Both the position numbers and the translations under genes were made by a program. From Cyanobacteriota bacterium (GTDB lineage: Bacteria > Cyanobacteriota > Cyanobacteriia > PCC-6307 > Cyanobiaceae), in NCBI GenBank assembly GCA_046340375.1, contig JBKDSZ010000019.1, forward strand, positions 318 to 64,317: a stretch of 64,000 nucleotides of DNA, written 5' to 3'. Below, piece after piece: positions 17,097-27,868 of the stretch. The notes under the pieces are model-generated. The model had not been told where the DNA came from. It did no database searches and worked only from the letters and a program-made list of their open reading frames with translations. The first letter of the stretch is position 1, and each line of letters opens with the position of its first letter.

Positions 17097-19832
17097 TCAC
17101 CCTCCATCCCTGTCTGTGCCCCTGAGGCACTGCTCCACCACCTCCGCCGTGTTGGCAGAGAGGGCAGCGGCCGCCAACCGCTCCAGCGCCGCGCCCATTT
17201 GGTCGCGGCGCCGCGGGCCAAAGCTGCACCAGCGGCTGAACACCTTTGCGAGCCGGGAGGCCGTGATCGGGTTGCGCTGATCCAGCTCGGCGATCCGCTC
17301 CGCCAGAAAGTGATAGCCCGAACCATCGCTGGCGTGGAACACCGGAGCGTTGCCCGCCAATCCCCCCAACACAGCCCGAACGGCGTTCGGAGCGTTCGGA
17401 TCAAAGCGCGGGTGGCGCAGCAGGGCTGCCACCCGCTCCAGTCCGTCGGGGAAGGGAGCGGAAGCCTCCAGGGCGAACCAGGAATCCAGAACCACAGGTT
17501 TGTGACGCCACCGCGCGTAGAACGCCTCCATGGCCGCTTGCCGCTCCGGCAGGGGATGGCACTGCAGGGCCCGCAGGCCAGCCCGCGCCAGCGTCATCGA
17601 GGTCCCTTCCACCGCCGCCCGGGCCGCCGCGATGCAGCCGGGATCGCCGGCCGCCACTCGCCAGGTCCAGATCGTGGCGGTGAGCTGCCTGGCCCCCGTG
17701 CCCTGGGGCCAAGGGAGGGTCCAGGCCGAAAGACAGCTCTCCATCAAGGCCCGCAGCGGCTCCACCAGGGCCTCGCCGAAGCGACGCTCCAACGCCCGCA
17801 AGGCCGCGAACAGGGCCGGGGGATCGGGTTCGCTGATCTCCTCCTCCAGTTCCGGCAGTCCCGGCAGCGACAGCAAAAGCGCCTGGCTCGCCTCCGACAG
17901 GGAGGGATCCCGCAGCAGGCGGGCGAAGGCATCCACCAGGGCCGCCTCCAGATCCCTGTCCGGCTCGCCCGTGGCCCGGCGGGCGACCGCCCGGCGGAGG
18001 AGTTGCTGGCCCGCGTCCCAGCGGGAGAAGGGATCGCTGTCGCAGGCCAGCAGGTGCACGCGCTCCCGGTTCGGTCGGCCCAGATCCACCCGCACCGGTG
18101 CCGAGAAATGACGCAACACCGAGAGGGCGGGAGGGGGATCCTGGGCGGGCAGACCCTCCAGGCGAAGCCGCTGCACCGGCCGATCGATCACCAGCAGTCG
18201 GGTGGCCTGGCCCCAGTGGACCGGCGGTGTCCGCTCCGGCAGAACTGCCGCGGGTTCGCTCTGGCCCTCGTCGGCCAGGCGGATCGGCAGCGCCTTGCCG
18301 GCCTGATCCAACAGGCCGATGGCCAACGGAATCACCAGGGGCTCCTTCGTCGGCTGCCCGGGGGTGGGGGGGGTGGCCTGTCGGCTCTCCCGCTCCAGGG
18401 TGCCGCTGGCCCGATTCCAGCGGCGCCGGATCGAGAGGATGGGCGTGCCCGCCTGCGCATACCAGCGCCGGAACTGGGCAAAAGCAAACGGTGGTGCCGT
18501 GCCCGCCGCCGCCCAGCTCCGCTCCGCCGCGTCCTGCATGGCGCGCACGAACTCCTCACAGGTGGCCGCGGTGCCGTCGTGGCGCTCGACATAGAGCGCG
18601 ATGCCGCGCATGAACACCTCCTCCCCGAGAAGGGTATGGAGGATGCGGATCACCTCGGCACCCTTTTCATAGATGGTTGTGGTGTAGAAATTATCAATAG
18701 CCTCGTAGTGATCCGGCTGCACAGGATGGGCCGTTGGCCCTGCATCCTCGCGAAACTGGCTGTTGCGCAGCAGGGAGGCGGTTTCAATCCTCACCTGGGC
18801 GTGGCCATGCAGATCAGCACTGAAGCACTGATCGCGAAAAACGGTCAGCCCCTCTTTCAGCGACAGCTGAAACCAATCACGGCAGGTGATGCGGTTGCCC
18901 GTCCAGTTGTGGAAATATTCATGGGCGATCACACTCTCCACCCGCTCCAATTCAGCATCCGTTGCCGTTTCACAATCGGCAAGCACCAGCTTGGAGTTGA
19001 ACAAATTCAAGCTTTTGTTTTCCATCGCGCCCATGTTGAAATGACGCACGGCAACGATGTTGTATTCCTCCAGATCGTATTCCAGGCCATAGACGGCTTC
19101 ATCCCATTGCATCGCCTGGCGGAGGCTGCGCAGCGCATGGGCGGTGTAAGGCTCGTCCCCTTTCTCCACATGCACTCGCAGACGCACCCGCCGCCCCGAA
19201 GCGGTGGTGGTGTCAGCCGTCACCTCCTCCAGTTGACCCGCCACCAGGGCAAAGAGATAGGACGGCTTGGGGAAGGGGTCCTCCCAGAGCGCGTAATGGC
19301 GTCCGGCTGAGCCGTTCCCCTCCGGCAGGGGGCCCCGGGCGAGGCAGTTGCCGTTGGAGAGCAGCACGGGCTCCCGCTCCCGATCGGCCTCAATCCGCAC
19401 GCGCCAGCGGCTCAGCACATCGGGGCGATCGGGATGGAAGGTGATGCGCCGGAACCCCTCGGCCTCGCACTGGCTGGTGACCATCCCCTCGCTCACATAG
19501 AGCCCTTCGAGGCTTGTGTTTTTGTGGGGCTCGATCCGCACCCGGGTGCGGAGTTGAAACGGTCGGCGGGGCGGGACCAGCAGGGTGAGGCCTTCAGCGT
19601 CGAGAACGCAGGCCGCGGCGGGCAGTGGCTCGCCATCGAGATGCATCTCCAGAAGCTGGAGGTCCACCCCCTTCAGCGGCAGGGCGGCAGGCTCCTCGCC
19701 AGCGCGGGGATTGGGGAGCAAGGCCAGCGTGCTCTCCACCAGGGCGTGGTCGTGGAAGAGCTGAACGGTCAGGTCGGTGCTGGGCACCAGATAGGGGGCT
19801 GGACGATAGTCCGCGCGTCGCACGACTGGCAT
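17097..19832 (-). CDS. pepN: Aminopeptidase N (M1 family)
   Basis: GAMEN motif (NMGAMENKS) and the zinc site HEYFHNWTGNRITCRDWFQLSLKEG; 911 aa. Confidence 0.93.
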   Translation of the reverse strand: MPVVRRADYRPAPYLVPSTDLTVQLFHDHALVESTLALLPNPRAGEEPAALPLKGVDLQLLEMHLDGEPLPAAACVLDAEGLTLLVPPRRPFQLRTRVRIEPHKNTSLEGLYVSEGMVTSQCEAEGFRRITFHPDRPDVLSRWRVRIEADREREPVLLSNGNCLARGPLPEGNGSAGRHYALWEDPFPKPSYLFALVAGQLEEVTADTTTASGRRVRLRVHVEKGDEPYTAHALRSLRQAMQWDEAVYGLEYDLEEYNIVAVRHFNMGAMENKSLNLFNSKLVLADCETATDAELERVESVIAHEYFHNWTGNRITCRDWFQLSLKEGLTVFRDQCFSADLHGHAQVRIETASLLRNSQFREDAGPTAHPVQPDHYEAIDNFYTTTIYEKGAEVIRILHTLLGEEVFMRGIALYVERHDGTAATCEEFVRAMQDAAERSWAAAGTAPPFAFAQFRRWYAQAGTPILSIRRRWNRASGTLERESRQATPPTPGQPTKEPLVIPLAIGLLDQAGKALPIRLADEGQSEPAAVLPERTPPVHWGQATRLLVIDRPVQRLRLEGLPAQDPPPALSVLRHFSAPVRVDLGRPNRERVHLLACDSDPFSRWDAGQQLLRRAVARRATGEPDRDLEAALVDAFARLLRDPSLSEASQALLLSLPGLPELEEEISEPDPPALFAALRALERRFGEALVEPLRALMESCLSAWTLPWPQGTGARQLTATIWTWRVAAGDPGCIAAARAAVEGTSMTLARAGLRALQCHPLPERQAAMEAFYARWRHKPVVLDSWFALEASAPFPDGLERVAALLRHPRFDPNAPNAVRAVLGGLAGNAPVFHASDGSGYHFLAERIAELDQRNPITASRLAKVFSRWCSFGPRRRDQMGAALERLAAAALSANTAEVVEQCLRGTDRDGG

Positions 19833-19933
19833 CAGGAGCCGAAGAGCACAGGGCCAGGGAGAAGACGATCTCCCTGGCCTTGATCATCCCGCAGATGGGG
19901 CGTGATCTGGAGCGCTGGAACCAGCGGCTCCCG

Positions 19934-20380
19934 TTACTTCGACCCTTTGCCCGCCGACTGGAGAGCCTGGCGCACCTGGGCCAGCAGGGGATCAAACTCC
20001 TTCTTCCAATCGGCGGGCAGGGTCTTGCCGCAGAGAGAGTCGACCCGCAGCACAAGCTGGGCGACCGAGCCATTGGCCAGTTGATCGCGGGTCAGGGGGG
20101 CCTGGGCCCCGGGCACGACCCCGCCGTGCTTGCTGGAGAGCACCGTCACCAACATGTTGAGATTGCTCTGCATCGCCGGATTGAACGGCACCTTGGTCTG
20201 GGACAGGGTGCACATGTTGATGGCGGCCATGCCCAGGTAGGTGTTGAGTTCTTCCGGGGTGGCCGGTTTGGTCTGGTTGACGGCGGGCGGCTGGGTTTGC
20301 GCCACGCTCCGCTCAGCCAAGCCGAGGGAAGCGCCCACCAGAGCCAGGGCCAGTGCCAGGGCGGAACGCTTGGCAAACAT
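19934..20380 (-). CDS. Hypothetical secreted protein
   Basis: ATG 20380 gives MFAKRSALALALALVGASLG, a signal-peptide-like N-terminus. There are no recognisable motifs. Confidence 0.5.
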   Translation of the reverse strand: MFAKRSALALALALVGASLGLAERSVAQTQPPAVNQTKPATPEELNTYLGMAAINMCTLSQTKVPFNPAMQSNLNMLVTVLSSKHGGVVPGAQAPLTRDQLANGSVAQLVLRVDSLCGKTLPADWKKEFDPLLAQVRQALQSAGKGSK

Positions 20381-20438
20381 GGGGAGAAGGGCTGTTGCGC
20401 CTCCATCGTGGGCCATCGCCCGGCGGCGGCCAGAGCCC

Positions 20439-21071
20439 TCAGGACGGCTCAAGAAGGGGCGCACCTGCGGCCTCCATCCGCTCCTCGTGGTGAATTTCCG
20501 ACAACTCCAGTTCGCCGTTGCGCCAAGAATAGATTGAGCGAGCTCGGTAGCGGTCCTGATCGACCAGACGGATGTGCTCCAGGATGTCCCACTCCTGGTA
20601 GTGCGATTCGAAGATCAGCTCATGTTCATCCACCTGGCGGATCTGGCTTTTGGTGGGAGAGCCGCAAAGGTAGCCCTGGCTGCGTCGCAGTTGATGTCCG
20701 CACAGATAGGCCTCCATGGTGCCGGTGCGCACATAGCGCGGTTTGCGATCAAAGAAGTCGTATTCCTTCTCCGGCCACCACGTGAATCGGTAGGCCGCCT
20801 CCCCCTCGATGGGTTCACTGAACCCTTCCACCCGCAGCATCATGTCCACCCGCAACACATCGCCATCGGCAAAGAAATAGAGCCGCCTGGAGCGCCACAG
20901 GCCAAGATTGCGGGAAAACCAGCGCTTCAGCGTGTTGTCCAACTGGATGCGGCTGCGAGGGGGGGCCGCTCCGGTCGCCTTGGGCGCCACGGGGGACACC
21001 TTGGCCGCGGCCAGCAGACTCTGCAGTTGGCTGGTGTGATCCGCCCCCGATCGCTCTGGGAAGGAGGTCAT
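20439..21071 (-). CDS. CpcS/CpeS-family (phycobiliprotein lyase-like, lipocalin-fold) protein
   Basis: [13 protein letters not shown]...QLRRSQGYL...[16 protein letters not shown] parallels the FxxSxGxWRSQR / RLLRDRGYA / ERFWFxxPxxRLR pattern of CpcS. ATG 21071 was chosen because the upstream 177 codons of ORF 20439..21602 overlap sasA. Confidence 0.55.
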   Translation of the reverse strand: MTSFPERSGADHTSQLQSLLAAAKVSPVAPKATGAAPPRSRIQLDNTLKRWFSRNLGLWRSRRLYFFADGDVLRVDMMLRVEGFSEPIEGEAAYRFTWWPEKEYDFFDRKPRYVRTGTMEAYLCGHQLRRSQGYLCGSPTKSQIRQVDEHELIFESHYQEWDILEHIRLVDQDRYRARSIYSWRNGELELSEIHHEERMEAAGAPLLEPS

Positions 21072-21174
21072 GGCGCGATGCACGCCGGCTGGGGACCCCT
21101 CCTTCATAGCAAGCAAACTGAGATCGAGCTGGAAATTCCATAAGGTGGTCAGCGGAACGTCGCGGGAGTGCGGG

Positions 21175-22392
21175 GTGAGCGGGGCTGATGGAGCGGGCGG
21201 TGTCAGGGGGGAGGAGGCTCCGGCGGCGGATCGGGCGGCGGATGTCCAGCACGGGGGATCCACAGGACGACCCCAGAGCCTGAAGCTCCTGCTCCTAGCC
21301 AACTCCCACCACCTGGCCAGTCCCAACATCCGCTCCCTCGTGTCCTCTCTTCGCGGCGAAGACACCGGTTTTGACGTCAACCTGGAGGTGATCGACCCCG
21401 CCAGACAGCCAGAGCTGCTGGAACTCCATCGGCTTGTGGCGACCCCCGCCCTGGTGAAGCTGGCCCCCCTGCCGAAACAGGTCTTCGCCGGGAGCACGCT
21501 CGCTGCCCAGGTGCGGAGCTGGCTGCCCCGCTGGCAGCAGATGGAGGTGGTGAGCACCCTCGGCATGAGCCTGCGTCCGGCGGAGAGGGATGGCAGTCGC
21601 ACCCAGCGGGAAGTGCAACTGGAGGACCAGCTGCTGGTGTTGCGTCAGGAAAATGAGACGTTGATCGAGCGCCTGGGGGTGCAGGAGCGCCTGCTGCGCA
21701 TGGTGGCCCACGAACTGCGCACCCCCCTGACCGCGGCGAAGCTGGCCCTGCAGAGCCACGGTCTCGGTCAAATTGATGACCATCGGTTTCAGGATGTGCT
21801 CCACCGCCGCCTGGACGACATCGAGGCCCTGTCACGGGATCTGCTGGAGGTGGGCACCACCCGCTGGGAAGCCCTGTTCAACCCGCAGCGACTGGCCCTT
21901 GGACAAGTGGTGGCCGATGCGATTCTGGAATTGGAGAAGCTCTGGGTGGGCCGGCAGCTGGAGCTGGTCACCGACATCCCCGCTGATCTGCCCGACCTCT
22001 ACGCCGACCAGAGACGGATGCGACAGGTGTTGCTGAACCTGCTCGAAAACGCCTTCAAGTTCACGCCGGATGGGGGATGCGTCAGCCTGACCCTCCTGCA
22101 CCGCACCAGCCAATGGGTGCAGGTCAGCATCTGCGACAGCGGCCCGGGCATCCCGCGAGAGGAGCAAGAGCGGATCTTTCAGGACCGGGTGCGCCTCCCC
22201 CAAACCTCTGGCACCACCTCCGGCTACGGGGTGGGGCTCTCGGTGTGCCGCCGCATCGCCGAGGTGCATGGCGGTCGGATCTGGGTGGTCTCCGAACCTG
22301 GCGAGGGGGCCTGTTTCCATTTCACCGTGCCCGTTTGGAACGGCCAGAGCGGTCCCCAGGAGGGCTCTGCAACCCAGCCTCCCTGGCCCTGA
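21175..22392 (+). CDS. sasA: Adaptive-response sensory histidine kinase SasA (KaiB-like N-terminal domain)
   Basis: The KaiB/thioredoxin-like N-terminus is [11 protein letters not shown]...[38 protein letters not shown]. The H-box is [10 protein letters not shown], followed by HATPase N/G boxes ([22 protein letters not shown]). The start is uncertain: GTG 21175 or further upstream, up to 21070. Confidence 0.85.
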   Translation: MSGADGAGGVRGEEAPAADRAADVQHGGSTGRPQSLKLLLLANSHHLASPNIRSLVSSLRGEDTGFDVNLEVIDPARQPELLELHRLVATPALVKLAPLPKQVFAGSTLAAQVRSWLPRWQQMEVVSTLGMSLRPAERDGSRTQREVQLEDQLLVLRQENETLIERLGVQERLLRMVAHELRTPLTAAKLALQSHGLGQIDDHRFQDVLHRRLDDIEALSRDLLEVGTTRWEALFNPQRLALGQVVADAILELEKLWVGRQLELVTDIPADLPDLYADQRRMRQVLLNLLENAFKFTPDGGCVSLTLLHRTSQWVQVSICDSGPGIPREEQERIFQDRVRLPQTSGTTSGYGVGLSVCRRIAEVHGGRIWVVSEPGEGACFHFTVPVWNGQSGPQEGSATQPPWP

Positions 22393-22418
22393 GGCACCTT
22401 CGCCAGGAAGGTGGCCTC
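22391..22418 (+). terminator. Strong stem-loop overlapping the sasA stop codon (terminator-like, no U tract)
   Basis: GAGGCACCTTC-GCCAG-GAAGGTGGCCTC forms 11 bp with one bulged G. Confidence 0.35.
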
Positions 22419-22665
22419 GCGCGGGTCAGCCCCTCCGCGAAGAGATCCTTGACGAAGGGTCCTCCCAGCCCCTAAGTTTCAAAACAACAGCGATCGATTC
22501 TCTCGTCCAGTCCTCACACAAAGCTTTGTTGACATCCTCGCCCGATATCAGCCAAGTACAATGTGAGCTTCTAGAAGCACACCATGCCTTTGGGTTGCCC
22601 TACCAGGCTTGCCACAAAGCATCAGGTTTGTCATCGAGGGGGATTGTGAAGAACGCTGTGGCCTC

Positions 22666-22738
22666 GCCCCCATCGTCTAGAGGCCTAGGACACCTCCCTT
22701 TCACGGAGGCGACAGGGGTTCGAATCCCCTTGGGGGTA
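22666..22738 (+). tRNA. tRNA-Glu (anticodon UUC)
   Basis: GCCCCCATCGTCTAGAGGCCTAGGACACCTCCCTTTCACGGAGGCGACAGGGGTTCGAATCCCCTTGGGGGTA folds as a cloverleaf with anticodon loop CUUUCAC and T-loop TTCGAAT. Confidence 0.92.
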
Positions 22739-22983
22739 TTTTTATCACAACTTCGATAAAACCTGCTTCTTAGTTGGTGGGCTAAGACCTGTCTGGATTC
22801 TGATCTATCTGGATATAGACTAATAGTAATAGGCGAGTGAATATTTTCCTGGCGATATTTTTTGGCGCTGTTTGATGTCCACTGCTTCGATCTCGTTCGC
22901 GCTCTGACCTGGCTCACAGCGACCTCCGCTCGGGGTCCAGCGATTGTCCTTCGGCTCCCGAACATTTCCCGGGGCTGGTCCCA

Positions 22984-24886
<1,903 letters not shown>

Positions 24887-24978
24887 TCAGAGATTCCACA
24901 CACAATTGTTGAGGAATCATCCAGCTCGCGGCGCTTTGGCCCCAACCTCGTTAAACCAGAGGTATCGGCTGCAGCGCC

Positions 24979-26502
24979 ATGACCGCGATTCTGACCAATC
25001 CCCTCCGCGTGGGGCTGCGCCAGGAACGGGTGATTCCTCCCCAATGCATCGTCATCTTTGGTGCCAGCGGGGATCTCACCCATCGGAAGTTGGTTCCGGC
25101 CCTCTTCGAACTTCATCGTCAGCGCCGTCTGCCCAGTGAATTTTCCGTTCTGGGCTGTGCCCGTCGCCCCTGGAGCGACGAGGAGTTTCGCCAGCGCATG
25201 GGACAGGCCCTGGCCGACGAGGTCGCCGAGCACCCCACCGCCTGGGAACAGTTCAGTCAGGGTCTCTTCTACGAACCGGTCGATCTGCAGCAAAGCGAGC
25301 ATCTGATCCGACTGTCCGAGCGCCTCGATTCCCTCGACCGTCAGCGTGCCACCCGCGGCAATCGCACCTTCTACCTCTCAGTCTCACCCGAGTTCTATGG
25401 CAGCGGCTGTCGCGCCCTCGCCCACGCGGGCCTGCTGGCGGATGCCGAGCGCAGCCGGGTGGTGATCGAGAAGCCCTTCGGCCGGGATTACGGCAGCGCC
25501 CAGACGCTCAACAAGGTCGTGCAGGCCTGCGCCAAGGAAAGCCAGGTGTTTCGCATTGATCACTACCTGGGCAAGGAAACCGTCCAGAACATTCTGGTGC
25601 TGCGCTTTGCCAACACGAGTTTTGAACCCCTCTGGAATCGGAACTACATCTCCAACATTCAGATCACCGCCGCTGAAACCGTGGGTGTCGAAGAGCGGGC
25701 TGGCTATTACGAAACCTCGGGCGCTCTGCGGGACATGGTGCAGAACCACCTCACCCAGATCCTTGCCCTCACAGCCATGGAGCCCCCCGGACGCTTTGAT
25801 CCGGAAGCCATCCGCAACGAAAAGGCCAAGGTGCTGCAGGCGGCCCATCTGGCCAATGAAAAGGAGGTTTGGAAATGTTGCGTGCGGGGGCAATACAGCG
25901 CCGGGGGAACAGCGGCCAATCCTCTGCCGGGATATCGGCAGGAACCGGGGGTGAACGCCAACAGCACCACAGAAACCTACGTGGCCACCAAGTTGTTCAT
26001 CAACAATTGGCGCTGGCAAGGCGTGCCGTTTTACCTGCGCACGGGCAAGCGCCTCCCCAAGCGTCTCAGTGAGGTGGTGCTCACCTTTCGCGAGGCGCCT
26101 GTTCACCTCTTTGACGCCGCTGGAGGCGCTCCCACGGCCAACCAGCTGATCCTGCGCATCCAGCCGGACGAGGGGGCGGAGATCAAATTCGAGGTGAAGG
26201 CTCCAGGGTCCGGCATGCGCAGCCGGCCGGTTGACATGGCTTTCAGCTATGACGAATCCTTTGGCGAGCCGTCCGACGAGGGCTATGTGCGCCTCCTGGC
26301 CGATGCCATGTTGGGTGATCCCACGCTCTTCACCCGCAGTGATGAAGTGGAGGCCGCCTGGCGTCTTTACACCCCGGTGCTGGAGCTGATCGAAGACTCA
26401 CCCTGGCAGATCCCGGTGCACCCCTATGAAGCCCGCACCTGGGGGCCGGGAGCCTCCGACAACATGCTGGCCGAAGACGGTCTGATCTGGCGCCGACCCT
26501 GA
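24979..26502 (+). CDS. zwf: Glucose-6-phosphate 1-dehydrogenase
   Basis: IFGASGDLTHRKL (NADP site) and RIDHYLGKE (active site); 507 aa. Confidence 0.95.
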   Translation: MTAILTNPLRVGLRQERVIPPQCIVIFGASGDLTHRKLVPALFELHRQRRLPSEFSVLGCARRPWSDEEFRQRMGQALADEVAEHPTAWEQFSQGLFYEPVDLQQSEHLIRLSERLDSLDRQRATRGNRTFYLSVSPEFYGSGCRALAHAGLLADAERSRVVIEKPFGRDYGSAQTLNKVVQACAKESQVFRIDHYLGKETVQNILVLRFANTSFEPLWNRNYISNIQITAAETVGVEERAGYYETSGALRDMVQNHLTQILALTAMEPPGRFDPEAIRNEKAKVLQAAHLANEKEVWKCCVRGQYSAGGTAANPLPGYRQEPGVNANSTTETYVATKLFINNWRWQGVPFYLRTGKRLPKRLSEVVLTFREAPVHLFDAAGGAPTANQLILRIQPDEGAEIKFEVKAPGSGMRSRPVDMAFSYDESFGEPSDEGYVRLLADAMLGDPTLFTRSDEVEAAWRLYTPVLELIEDSPWQIPVHPYEARTWGPGASDNMLAEDGLIWRRP

Positions 26503-26539
26503 CCTTTCCCCTGCCCACGCTGTTTTCCGCCGCCTTCCC

Positions 26540-27868
26540 ATGTCCGCCCAACTCACGCTTCAAGCCCCTCTTCAGATCCCGCCGGAGGAGGTGGTTCCCT
26601 ATCTGCAGCAGCTCTGGCACGAGGGCCTGGAGGGGGCGTCCGGAGCCTCCACCTTCACCCTCGTGGTCTGGGAGCCCTCCTGGCTGGAGCAGCAGCTCGT
26701 GCGGATGGGCCAGGTGGATGGCCCGATCACCGGCCTCGACCGGGCCGATGTGAACAGCTCCGCCCGGGATCTGGTGGGAACCCTCGGCCTTCCCCCCAGC
26801 ACGGCGCCCATGGATCCAGGCCTCGCCTGGGCCCTGGGCCAACAGCCCGGCCACCATGAAACCCAGGACCTGCGCGGGCAGTTCGTGGACAGTGCCATCA
26901 GCACCCACATGCCACGGCGCCTGATCACCCTGGCTCCCACCCTCGATGAGGCCAAGCCTCTGGAAACCCTCGTCGCGGCCTATTGCCCCCTTCCCGACGA
27001 GGGCGGAGCCGGAGCGGCCTGCGGGGATGTGGTGGTGCTGCGAGGAAGCCTGGGAGCGCTGCGGGAGTCCATGCCCATGGTGCAGCCCCTCGTGCGCGAC
27101 GACCTGCCCTGCTGGGTGTGGTGGAACAGCAGCCTGGATGAGCCCAACGCGCTGCTGGAGGCCCTGGCTCCTCCCCCCCGGCGTCTGGTGATCGACACCT
27201 CCAGCGGGCAGCCGGCGCGATGCCGGGAAGTGCTGGTCAACCGCATCCAGACCGGACAGGCGGTGAATGATTTCAACTGGCTGCGGCTGCGCAGCTGGCG
27301 GGAATCGCTGGCCATGGTCTTCGATCCCCCCTCCCGCCGCGACGCCCTGCAGCATGTGGTGCAGCTCGACATCGACGTGGAGGGCGACCATCCAGTCAAG
27401 GGTCTGCTGCTGGCGGCTTGGATGGCCGACCGCCTCGGCTGGCACCTGGAGAGCTCCCATCCGGTCATGCAGGACGGCACCGTGGCCGGGATCGCCGCCG
27501 AGTTTCAGCGCACGGACGGGGAGACGGTGCGCTTCCGCCTGATGCCCGTGCCGGTGGGCGTGCCGAAGGCCCATCCGGGGGCGATCGTGGGCCTGCGGCT
27601 GATCTGCCAACCGGAGAAACGGTCGCCCCTGTGCGTGATCCTCTGCTCCGAAAGCGGGGGCTGCATGCGGCTGGAAGCCGGCGGGATGGCGGCGATGGAG
27701 CTGGCGGAGGAAGTGGTGCCCCTGCCCGAGGAAAGCGAAGAGAAGGAAATGGCCCGTCTGCTGGCGGGCAGCCACGACTCCACCAACCCGCTGCTGGCCG
27801 CCGCCGCGCCGCTGGCCGCCACCTTGTTGCCCGCAGCGGTCGGAGCCCGAGGGTTCACGTCCTCTTGA
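26540..27868 (+). CDS. opcA: OpcA, glucose-6-phosphate dehydrogenase assembly/allosteric effector protein
   Basis: It lies directly downstream of zwf, as in cyanobacteria. The N-terminus is EEVVPYLQQLW...GASTFTLVVWEP. Confidence 0.85.
   Translation: MSAQLTLQAPLQIPPEEVVPYLQQLWHEGLEGASGASTFTLVVWEPSWLEQQLVRMGQVDGPITGLDRADVNSSARDLVGTLGLPPSTAPMDPGLAWALGQQPGHHETQDLRGQFVDSAISTHMPRRLITLAPTLDEAKPLETLVAAYCPLPDEGGAGAACGDVVVLRGSLGALRESMPMVQPLVRDDLPCWVWWNSSLDEPNALLEALAPPPRRLVIDTSSGQPARCREVLVNRIQTGQAVNDFNWLRLRSWRESLAMVFDPPSRRDALQHVVQLDIDVEGDHPVKGLLLAAWMADRLGWHLESSHPVMQDGTVAGIAAEFQRTDGETVRFRLMPVPVGVPKAHPGAIVGLRLICQPEKRSPLCVILCSESGGCMRLEAGGMAAMELAEEVVPLPEESEEKEMARLLAGSHDSTNPLLAAAAPLAATLLPAAVGARGFTSS

Noticed and set aside
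17199-19310. 703-aa plus-strand ORF
   Set aside because: It is antisense to pepN, which carries GAMEN and HExxH motifs. It is a shadow ORF.
21072-21602. N-terminal 177 codons of ORF 20439..21602
   Set aside because: This part overlaps sasA on the opposite strand and is rich in Ser, Arg and Pro. CpcS-like similarity starts only after ATG 21071.
22509-22519. Yfr1 sRNA core-like motif AGUCCUCACAC
   Set aside because: It matches the core at 10 of 11 positions. The flanking 5' stem-loop and a 3' Rho-independent terminator with a U tract, which define Yfr1, are absent.
22529-22562. TTGACA ... TACAAT promoter-like hexamers upstream of tRNA-Glu
   Set aside because: The spacing between the hexamers is 22 nt, too long for a sigma-70-type promoter.
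26330-27775. 481-aa minus-strand ORF
   Set aside because: It is antisense to zwf and opcA. It is a shadow ORF.
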